From Actinomycetota bacterium (GTDB lineage Bacteria > Actinomycetota > UBA4738 > HRBIN12): 64,000 nt of DNA. The first letter of the stretch is position 1. The number at the start of each line of letters is the position of its first letter. Location of the stretch: assembly GCA_040004125.1 (NCBI GenBank), contig JBDUBL010000003.1, positions 8,392 through 72,391 of the forward strand, in the 5' to 3' direction. Positions 55,152-61,956 of the stretch are shown here, piece by piece. The notes under the pieces were generated by a model. It was given only the letters and a program-made list of their open reading frames with translations. It did not search any database and was not told the DNA's origin. The position numbers and the translations under genes are program-made.

Positions 55152-55361
55152 ATGATGCCGACATTGCACCGGCCCAAGAGGGCCCCGGACAGAGGGAGCG
55201 GCGAGATGGGCGACAAGAAGATTCAGCCGAAGCGGCCCGAGGGCGAGCAGGCGGCAGCGGGGATCCGCGATGCCGAGAAGACGTCGGCGCGGCGCTTCAG
55301 TGCGAGGCGCTGGAGTGCGAGGCGCTGGAGTGCGAGGCGCTGGAGTGCGAAGAGGGTCTGA
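55152..55361 (+). CDS. Small basic protein ending in a (S-A-R-R-W/F)x4 repeat; likely start at ATG 55206 (51 aa)
   Basis: Track ORF of 69 aa. GAGGGAG (55192-55198) lies 7 nt before ATG 55206. By hand count 44 of 51 third positions are G/C. TGA is at 55359-55361, 20 nt before a perfect hairpin. The reading frame across the repeat itself is ambiguous (see findings). Confidence 0.4.
   Translation: MMPTLHRPKRAPDRGSGEMGDKKIQPKRPEGEQAAAGIRDAEKTSARRFSARRWSARRWSARRWSAKRV
55291..55350 (+). repeat. Tandem direct repeat, 4 x 15 bp (GGCGCT[TC/GG]AGTGCGA)
   Basis: Copy 1 (55291-55305) is ggcgcttcagtgcga. Copies 2-4 (55306-55350) are identical, ggcgctggagtgcga. Confidence 0.95.
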
Positions 55362-55380
55362 GCCAACGAACTGGTGGCAC

Positions 55381-55412
55381 GAAAGGCCCGGGCCCGATGG
55401 CCCGGGCCTTTC
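55381..55412 (+). terminator. Perfect 14-bp-stem hairpin (gaaaggcccgggcc-cgat-ggcccgggcctttc)
   Basis: Read directly from the sequence. It lies 20 nt after the small-ORF stop and 56 nt before the crp ATG. There is no U-tract on either strand, so it may be an I-shaped terminator or processing site, possibly bidirectional. Confidence 0.5.
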
Positions 55413-55467
55413 GCTTGATCCGCGCCGGGTAGCGGAGACCCGCACCTTGCCGGTAGGCTCCACCACG

Positions 55468-56169
55468 ATGGCCGCTACCACCGACGCCGGGCTCGTTCCC
55501 GCCATGGCCTCCACCCCCGTGCTCCGGGGTGTCCCCCAGGAGCATGTCGAGAAGCTCGCCTCGCAGGGGGCGGTGCACCGCTTCCGCCGTGGCACCTACA
55601 TCTGCCACCAGGGGGATCCCTCCCCGGACGTGTATTTCCTCCTCGAGGGGCGGATCGAGATCGCCTCCTTCTCCCCGACCGGCGCTCGGATCCTGCACGC
55701 GTCCGTCGACACACCGCAGTTCTTAGGCGAGCTCGGTGTGCTCGGGAACCTCCCCCGGGGCGCCGATCTGCTCGCCCTCGAGGACACCGATGTGTGGACG
55801 ACGCCCGGGGATGACTTCATCGACTTCATCACGAGGCAGCCGGGAGCCGCGCGCCAGCTGCTGGCCGCTCTCGCGCGGCAGATCCAGGAACACCAGGCCT
55901 TCTCCGACGACCTGCTGTACCTCGACCTCAAGGGGCGGGTCGCGAAGCGGCTGCTCCAGATGGGCACGTCGTCGCTCGACGATCTCCCCGATGCAGGGAC
56001 GTCGGTGCCCGCGCTTACGCACGCGGACCTCGCCAGTCTCTGCGGCGGCAGCCGCGAGAACGTGACGCGGATCGTGGCGGACTTCCAGCGCCGCGGCATG
56101 GTGAACCGCGACGGGAAACGCTACATCTTGAAGAACCCCGTGCAGCTGGCCAAGATCGCCGGGCTCTAG
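55468..56169 (+). CDS. Crp/Fnr-family transcriptional regulator (CNB domain plus C-terminal HTH)
   Basis: Trimmed from track ORF 55270-56169 to ATG 55468 (MAATTDAGLVPAMASTPVLRGVPQEHVEKL...), giving 233 aa. CNB cassette FLGELGVLGNLPRGADL and HTH THADLASLCGGSRENVTRIVADFQRRG. TAGGCT (55454-55459) lies 8 nt before the ATG, suggesting a leaderless transcript. Confidence 0.88.
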   Translation: MAATTDAGLVPAMASTPVLRGVPQEHVEKLASQGAVHRFRRGTYICHQGDPSPDVYFLLEGRIEIASFSPTGARILHASVDTPQFLGELGVLGNLPRGADLLALEDTDVWTTPGDDFIDFITRQPGAARQLLAALARQIQEHQAFSDDLLYLDLKGRVAKRLLQMGTSSLDDLPDAGTSVPALTHADLASLCGGSRENVTRIVADFQRRGMVNRDGKRYILKNPVQLAKIAGL

Positions 56170-56684
56170 CCCGCGTCGTCGGGAGCCGTCAGTCCGGGCA
56201 GATCCCGTACGACGGCACGGCCGCCGGGGATATCGACCGAAACCACGAGATCGTCCACGGCAGGGATCAAGGTCTCGGTTCCGGGATCGGCGACGACGCG
56301 CCAGAGATCCTGGGCCGGGTAGGGCAGGACCTCGGCGATGCGGCCGATGGCTCTTCCGGACTCCGTCACGACATCGAGGCCCTCCACCTGATGAGACCAC
56401 CACCGGCCCTCGGGCAACTCCGGAAGCCAGGACTCGGGAATGAGCAGCTCGATACCGGCCACAGCTTCGGCCTCCGTTCGATCGCCGATCTCCTCGAAGG
56501 TCACGAGCAGTCGCTCGCCGTGCGGGCGGACGGTGCGCACGGTGTACGTGTGGCCCGTCGCGTCGAAGACGACCGCGCCGGGCACCCAGCGCTTGGGGTT
56601 GTCGGATCGGCTCTGCACGGACAACTCACCGCGCACACCGTGGGGCTTGGCGATGCGGCCGACGGTCACCGTCGGCTCGTCCAT
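56166..56684 (-). CDS. rimM: 16S rRNA processing protein RimM
   Basis: Trimmed to ATG 56684 (MDEPTVTVGRIAKPHGVRGELSVQ...), giving 172 aa. Sits in the conserved position after the KH protein. Confidence 0.93.
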   Translation of the reverse strand: MDEPTVTVGRIAKPHGVRGELSVQSRSDNPKRWVPGAVVFDATGHTYTVRTVRPHGERLLVTFEEIGDRTEAEAVAGIELLIPESWLPELPEGRWWSHQVEGLDVVTESGRAIGRIAEVLPYPAQDLWRVVADPGTETLIPAVDDLVVSVDIPGGRAVVRDLPGLTAPDDAG

Positions 56685-56685
56685 C

Positions 56686-56916
56686 TCAGTCCTCGAAGTC
56701 GACGCGGGCCGCCAGGTCCTGGCGCGACGCGGCTGCGCGCACGACCGTGCGGATCGCCTTGGCGGTGCGGCCACCACGGCCTATCACCTTGCCGAGCTCA
56801 CCGGGGGCCACCGTCACGCTGTACGTAGGGCCTCGCTCGTCGAATCGCTCGCCGACGCGCACGGCGTCGGGGTCATCGACCAACTCGCGGCATAGGAACT
56901 CGACGAGCTCCTTCAC
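56686..56916 (-). CDS. KH-domain RNA-binding protein (YlqC/UPF0109)
   Basis: 76 aa with LGKVIGRGGRTAKAIRTVV. Confidence 0.92.
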   Translation of the reverse strand: MKELVEFLCRELVDDPDAVRVGERFDERGPTYSVTVAPGELGKVIGRGGRTAKAIRTVVRAAASRQDLAARVDFED

Positions 56917-56917
56917 C

Positions 56918-57376
56918 TCAGGCCTCGGCCGTCTCCTCGGCGGGCGGAGCCTCGACAGCCACCTCCGTGGCGACCGCAGCCGCTTCCTCGACCGGGGCGG
57001 GCTTGGGCGCCGCGGCGGTCTTCACGGCCTGGGCGGCCTTGGCCTGCGCCTTCTTCGACACCTTCTCCTTGGCGGGGCGCTCGGTCTTGGTCTTGACGCC
57101 GATCGTGGCGCTCGGACGCTCCTTGACGAAGGTCTCCCAGATGCCGAGCTTGCTCATGAGGTTGCGAACCTGGTTCGATGGCTGGGCCCCCACCCGGAGC
57201 CAATGCAGCGCACGCTCCTCGTCGATCTCGATCAGCGAGGGGTCGCTCAACGGGTGATACTTGCCGATGTTTTCGATGAAGCGGCCGTCGCGGGGTGCCC
57301 GTTGGTCGGCCACCACTACGCGGTAGAAGGGCCGACCCTTCGATCCCATCCGCCGCAACCGGATCCTCGTCGCCAT
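56918..57376 (-). CDS. rpsP: 30S ribosomal protein S16 (with Ala/Lys/Glu-rich tail)
   Basis: 152 aa: [35 protein letters not shown]... Confidence 0.96.
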   Translation of the reverse strand: MATRIRLRRMGSKGRPFYRVVVADQRAPRDGRFIENIGKYHPLSDPSLIEIDEERALHWLRVGAQPSNQVRNLMSKLGIWETFVKERPSATIGVKTKTERPAKEKVSKKAQAKAAQAVKTAAAPKPAPVEEAAAVATEVAVEAPPAEETAEA

Positions 57377-57405
57377 TCCTGTTCGTCCTTCGATCTCGTT
57401 GGAAG

Positions 57406-58749
57406 CTATCTCGTTGGAAGGTTCTGGGGCATCTTCATGCCCGGTCCGCGTTTGCCGCCCATCATCGACCGCATCATCTTCCTCGCGCCCTCGAAGTCCT
57501 TGAGCAGCGTGTTGACGTCGGCCGTGCTGGTCCCGGACCCGTTCGCGATCCGGAGACGGCGCGGTCCGGAGATGATACCGGGTTCCCGCCGCTCCTGGGG
57601 CGTCATCGACAGGATGATGGCCTCGGCACGGGCAAGCTCACCCTCGTCGATCGCGCCGGCCAGTTCCTCCATACCGGCCTTCCCGCCAGGCACCCCGGGC
57701 AACATCTTCAGCAGGTCCTGGATGGGCCCAAGCTTCCGCATCTCCCTCAGCTGGCCCAGGAAATCCTCGAGGTTGAACTGACCCGACAGCATCTGCTGCG
57801 CGGCCTTGGCGGCGGCCTCCTGATCGAGCGTGTCCTGCGCCTTCTCGATCAGGGTCAGCACATCGCCCATGCCAAGGATCCTGCCCGCCATGCGGTCGGG
57901 GTAGAACGGCTCCAGGTCATCGACCTTCTCCCCGGTGCCGGCGAAGAAGATCGGGCGACCCGTCGCGGCCGTCATCGACAGCGCAGCGCCCCCTCGGGCG
58001 TCGCCGTCGAGTTTCGTCAGGATGAACCCGGTCGTGTCGACCTCGTGCATGAAAGCCCGCGCCTGGACGACGGCGTCCTGACCGGTCATCGCGTCGCAGG
58101 CCATGACCACGTGATGAGCCTTGGTGACATCCTTGATCTTGCGCGCTTGCTTCATCATCTCGGGGTCGACATGGAGCCGTCCGGCCGTGTCGATGATCAC
58201 CACGTCGGCGCCGGTGCGCTGGGCTTCCTTCACACCGTTCTTCGCAAGCTTCACCGGGTCGCGCCCTTCCGACCACACGGGCACGCCGATCTCGCGACCC
58301 AGCGTACGGAGTTGTTCGACGGCAGCGGGGCGCTCGAGATCGGCGGCGATCAGGAGCGGGCGCTTGCCTTTGCCTTTGAGATGCTTCGCCAATTTGACAC
58401 AAGCCGTCGTCTTGCCCGAGCCCTGTACGCCCGCCAGCATGATCACGGCCGGATTGGCACCCGGCAGCGTGAAGGGATGATGTTCGCCTCCGAGCGTGAC
58501 CGTCAGCTCCTGGTCCACCACCTTCACGACCTGTTGCGCCGGCGTCAGGCTCTTGAGGACCTCTTCGGACAGCGCCCGGGCCCGTACACGCGCGATCAGG
58601 TCGTCGGCAACCTCGACGGACACGTCGGCCTCCAGCAGGGCCGTGCGGATCTCCGCCAGCGCGTTGTCCACCTGTTTGGGGTGGAGTTTGCCCCGGCTGC
58701 GGAGCTTCTTGAAAACGCCGTCGAGGCGATCGCTCAGGGTGTCGAACAT
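57406..58749 (-). CDS. ffh: Signal recognition particle protein Ffh
   Basis: Trimmed from track ORF 57406-59496 to ATG 58749 ([22 protein letters not shown]...). Contains [22 protein letters not shown] and a Met-rich M domain. Confidence 0.96.
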   Translation of the reverse strand: MFDTLSDRLDGVFKKLRSRGKLHPKQVDNALAEIRTALLEADVSVEVADDLIARVRARALSEEVLKSLTPAQQVVKVVDQELTVTLGGEHHPFTLPGANPAVIMLAGVQGSGKTTACVKLAKHLKGKGKRPLLIAADLERPAAVEQLRTLGREIGVPVWSEGRDPVKLAKNGVKEAQRTGADVVIIDTAGRLHVDPEMMKQARKIKDVTKAHHVVMACDAMTGQDAVVQARAFMHEVDTTGFILTKLDGDARGGAALSMTAATGRPIFFAGTGEKVDDLEPFYPDRMAGRILGMGDVLTLIEKAQDTLDQEAAAKAAQQMLSGQFNLEDFLGQLREMRKLGPIQDLLKMLPGVPGGKAGMEELAGAIDEGELARAEAIILSMTPQERREPGIISGPRRLRIANGSGTSTADVNTLLKDFEGARKMMRSMMGGKRGPGMKMPQNLPTR

Positions 58750-58758
58750 AAGGTGAGG

Positions 58759-58784
58759 GCGTTGCGGCGACGCCGCCGCAACGC
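58759..58784. promoter_or_regulatory. 11-bp-stem perfect hairpin/palindrome gcgttgcggcg-acgc-cgccgcaacgc in the ffh / kinase divergent region
   Basis: Read directly from the sequence. It starts 10 nt upstream of the ffh ATG. No Shine-Dalgarno sequence is visible for ffh. Confidence 0.3.
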
Positions 58785-58824
58785 GGCCTAGTGTATCGAC
58801 CCGAGACTGAGGGAACGGCGAGCG

Positions 58825-60627
58825 ATGAACGGGGCGGATAGCGAAGCGGCAAGGCTCGAGCGACACCTGGTCTGGCTGCGGTGGCTGGTGGCCGCCTTCG
58901 GGGCGGTCCAGGTCGGGTTTGCCGTCCGCGATCGGGGCCACGACCCGGCGTTCGCGCTCCCCTTGGCTGTGGCGCTGGTGATCGGCCTCACCGTGGGGAA
59001 CCTGGCGATCGCGAGCTCGGTCCGCAGGGCGACGAAGCCCACGCAGTTCCGCGCGATAGGCGTGGTTGCCTTCGTGCTCGACGCCGTCGTGATCCTCGGC
59101 CTCGTCTGGCTGGTTCCCAGCGGTCCGGCGGACCCCGTCTGGGTCCTCGGGTACCTCGTCCCGCTCGAGGGGGCGGCCCGATGGGGGCTGCGCGGCGGCC
59201 TGATCGGCGCCACCTTGTTCCTCGGGGAGCAGATCATGCAGGAGGCGGCCCGTGCCCAGGTCGCCGCCGGCGCTTCCCAGGTGTCGTTCCGCGCCGGGAT
59301 GGCCTTCGTGATCGGCGCCGTCACCGGTTCCTTCGTCTCGTCGTTGCAGCGCACCGCCGCCACCGCGGCGGCGAAGGCGGCCGAGGCGGCCGAGGCGGCC
59401 CAGCGCGCCGAACTTGCAGCGGCGCAGGCATCCGAGGCGCAGCGCGAGATCGCGGCGTTCCACGCCGCCGTGTTGTCCGACGCGCAGCCCGAACATCTCG
59501 CCGAGACGCTGCGGTCGACCGCCGGGCGGATCGCCGCGGAGCTCGAGTGCGAGGCCCTCGGGCTGCTCACGAGATCAACCGGGGCGGCCGGAGAGGTGAT
59601 CTTTGCGGTCGCGGGGGTGCATGGCGACCCGGGCTATCTGCTCGGTCAGCGGTTGTCGCCCGTCTCCGATCCCGTGGCCGCAGCTGCGATCGACGGCGAA
59701 ACGGTGGTCGCGCAGGGCGACGTCGTGGCGCCGATGCGAGTTCGAGGCAAGGTGGTGGGCGCCGTCCACGAGCGCGCAACGACGAGCCCCGATCCCGCCC
59801 GCATCGACGCGCTCCAGACGATCGCGGACCAGCTGGGTGTCGCGCTGGAGGCTACGCGCCTGCGCGCCGAGCAGGCCGCGATCGTCGAACGACTGACCGA
59901 GCTCGACACGATGAAGAGCGACTTCGTTGCGATCACGAGTCACGAGCTGCGCACCCCGCTGGCCGGGATCCGAGGCTTCGTCGACATGTTGTTGCGTCGT
60001 GGTCCCGAGCTGTCGCCGGCTGAGCAGCAAGAGTACCTCGGCATCGTCCAGACGCAGACCGAACGTCTGATCCACCTGGTGGACGATCTTCTCGTCGTCT
60101 CACGCGTGGAGGGCGATGCGCTGACGCTGGAGCCCACCGACATCGCGATCCGTTCGGTGCTGGCCCAGGTCGTTGCCGGGCTTGGCGAGTCCGGCGTCCG
60201 CATCGCGCTGGAAGAGGCTCCCGGCGCGCCCTCGACGTTGACGATCGACCCGAATCGCCTGATCCAGATCCTGACCAACCTGACCCACAACGCGGTGAAG
60301 TTCTCTCCCGCAGACGCGGTCGTCCGGCTCCGCTGGTCGGCGCCGGCGGAAGGAACGATCGTGTTCGAAGTGATCGATCGCGGCCCGGGCATCCCGCCCG
60401 CCGAGCAGCAGCTGATCTTCGAGCGATTCCGGCAGCGCGGCGACCACCGCTCCCACGCCGAGGGGTTTGGACTCGGTCTCTATATCACGAAGCTGTTGAC
60501 CGAGGCGATGGGCGGGTGGATCGACGTCACGTCGTCTCGCGAGGGCACGACGTTTCGGGTCACGCTTCCGGTGGCCCGTCCGTTGCCAACACCCGCTCGA
60601 CCGTCCGCAGCAACGCGGTCGGACTGA
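58825..60627 (+). CDS. Sensor histidine kinase (N-terminal ~5-TM domain, coiled coil, GAF, HisKA, HATPase_c)
   Basis: 600 aa. GAGGGAA lies upstream of ATG 58825. H-box ITSHELRTPLAGI, N-box LTNLTHNAVKF, G-boxes DRGPGI and GFGLGLYI. A GAF-like region lies at about residues 230-340. Confidence 0.9.
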   Translation: MNGADSEAARLERHLVWLRWLVAAFGAVQVGFAVRDRGHDPAFALPLAVALVIGLTVGNLAIASSVRRATKPTQFRAIGVVAFVLDAVVILGLVWLVPSGPADPVWVLGYLVPLEGAARWGLRGGLIGATLFLGEQIMQEAARAQVAAGASQVSFRAGMAFVIGAVTGSFVSSLQRTAATAAAKAAEAAEAAQRAELAAAQASEAQREIAAFHAAVLSDAQPEHLAETLRSTAGRIAAELECEALGLLTRSTGAAGEVIFAVAGVHGDPGYLLGQRLSPVSDPVAAAAIDGETVVAQGDVVAPMRVRGKVVGAVHERATTSPDPARIDALQTIADQLGVALEATRLRAEQAAIVERLTELDTMKSDFVAITSHELRTPLAGIRGFVDMLLRRGPELSPAEQQEYLGIVQTQTERLIHLVDDLLVVSRVEGDALTLEPTDIAIRSVLAQVVAGLGESGVRIALEEAPGAPSTLTIDPNRLIQILTNLTHNAVKFSPADAVVRLRWSAPAEGTIVFEVIDRGPGIPPAEQQLIFERFRQRGDHRSHAEGFGLGLYITKLLTEAMGGWIDVTSSREGTTFRVTLPVARPLPTPARPSAATRSD

Positions 60628-60943
60628 ACGGTTTCGTGAAGTACTCGTCGGCGCCGAGTCGCAGCGCCGCGGCCCGACCCTCCTCCCCCGCGGCGGTCAC
60701 GACGATCACGCGCACTCCGGCGGTCACCGGATCCGCCTTCACAGCCTCCAGGACACCGGTGCCACTGGTGCCCGGGATGTTCATGTCGAGGAACAGCAGA
60801 TCGGGCGGCAGCCGGCGGATCAGCTCCATCGCGACGAGGCCGTCGGCGGCCTCGTCGATCTCGAACCCCTCGCCCTCGAGCACGAGCCGCATCGCCTCGC
60901 GCATCGTGGCGTGATCCTCGACGATCAGGATGCGCGTGGCCAT
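60560..60943 (-). CDS. Single-domain (CheY-like) response regulator
   Basis: Trimmed to ATG 60943 (MATRILIVEDHATMREAM...), giving 127 aa. Contains DLLFLDMNIPGTSG, VVTAAG and KPF. Its 3' end overlaps the kinase 3' end by 68 nt (convergent). Confidence 0.88.
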   Translation of the reverse strand: MATRILIVEDHATMREAMRLVLEGEGFEIDEAADGLVAMELIRRLPPDLLFLDMNIPGTSGTGVLEAVKADPVTAGVRVIVVTAAGEEGRAAALRLGADEYFTKPFSPTALLRTVERVLATDGPPEA

Positions 60944-60956
60944 CGACCCCACCCGA

Positions 60957-61949
60957 TCACGCGAGAAGCCGGTCCGCGAACGCGGCAGCGTCAAACGGTC
61001 GCAGATCCGCGCCCGTCTCACCGATCCCGACGTAGCGGATCGGCAGGTCCAACTCCTCGCGCACGGCAAGGACGATGCCGCCCTTGGCCGAACCGTCGGT
61101 CTTTGTCAGCACGACGCCCGTCAGCGCCACCGACTCCGTGAACGCCCGGGCCTGTGCGATGCCGTTCTGCCCCGTCTGCGCATCCAAAACGAGGAACGTT
61201 TCTTCGACCGTCGCGCCGGCCTTCTCGATCACCCGTTTGACCTTCTGCAGCTCCTCCATGAGGGGCCGCTTCGTATGCAGGCGACCGGCCGTGTCGACGA
61301 TCAACACGTCGGCGCCGCGAGCGGTTGCCGACTTCACGGCATCGAACGCGACGGCGCCCGGATCGGCACCGCGATCCTGCGAGACCAGATGCGCGCCGGA
61401 GCGTTGGGCCCACACCTCCAACTGCTCGCCGGCCGCGGCGCGGAACGTGTCGGAGGCCGCGAGGCTCACGCGTTTCCCCTCGGCGGCAAGCATCGTGGCG
61501 AGCTTGCCGATGGTCGTGGTCTTGCCCGCGCCATTGACCCCGACGACGAGGATCACGTCGAGCCCGTCCGCCCCGAGGTCCAGCGGGTGATCGGGGCCGA
61601 GGACCGCCAGTATCTCGTCTCGCAGCAACGCCGCCGGGTCGGCTCCGGTGGTGAATCGGGCGCGGACGCGCGCCACGAGGTCTGCCGCTGCCTTTGGGCC
61701 GACGTCTGCCTTGACCAGCAAGTCCTCGAGTTGCGACCACGCGTCGGGCTCGGCCCCGCCGAACAGCGAACGCACCTTGGCCCCGAGGCCCCCGGATCGG
61801 AACGCACCCGCCGATGCGTCGGTGGCCGCGGGCGCGGTTGCATCGGCGAAGCACTTGGACGCGCCCGTGCGCCGTGTTCGCACGACGACGAACGCCGCGA
61901 TGCACAGCAACGCGATGAGTCCGAACAGGAACAGGTAGGCGGCGGTCAC
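60957..61949 (-). CDS. ftsY: Signal recognition particle receptor FtsY
   Basis: 330 aa with an N-terminal TM anchor, VGVNGAGKTTTIGKLA, DTAGRLH and TKTDGSAKGG. Confidence 0.96.
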   Translation of the reverse strand: MTAAYLFLFGLIALLCIAAFVVVRTRRTGASKCFADATAPAATDASAGAFRSGGLGAKVRSLFGGAEPDAWSQLEDLLVKADVGPKAAADLVARVRARFTTGADPAALLRDEILAVLGPDHPLDLGADGLDVILVVGVNGAGKTTTIGKLATMLAAEGKRVSLAASDTFRAAAGEQLEVWAQRSGAHLVSQDRGADPGAVAFDAVKSATARGADVLIVDTAGRLHTKRPLMEELQKVKRVIEKAGATVEETFLVLDAQTGQNGIAQARAFTESVALTGVVLTKTDGSAKGGIVLAVREELDLPIRYVGIGETGADLRPFDAAAFADRLLA

Positions 61950-61956
61950 GGGAGCG

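Noticed and set aside
55291-55350. Could the 15-bp repeats be a CRISPR array or a mobile-element end?
   Set aside because: The units are directly adjacent with no spacers, are far shorter than CRISPR repeats, and have no cas or transposase genes nearby. I treat them as a tandem repeat / VNTR.
55115-55432. 105-aa plus-strand ORF reading (ALECE)n through the hairpin
   Set aside because: I did not accept it as a CDS. Its middle section (55202-55280) has many A/T-ending and CGA codons, and it would have to be translated through a perfect 14-bp hairpin. I kept it only as an alternative frame for the repeat itself (see finding).
59539-59559. ELECEAL in the GAF kinase resembles the ALECEALECE reading of the tandem repeat 4 kb away
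   Set aside because: The match is short (6 aa, about 11 nt), was found post hoc, and lies at the start of a GAF domain where such residues are ordinary. There is no extended nucleotide similarity around it.
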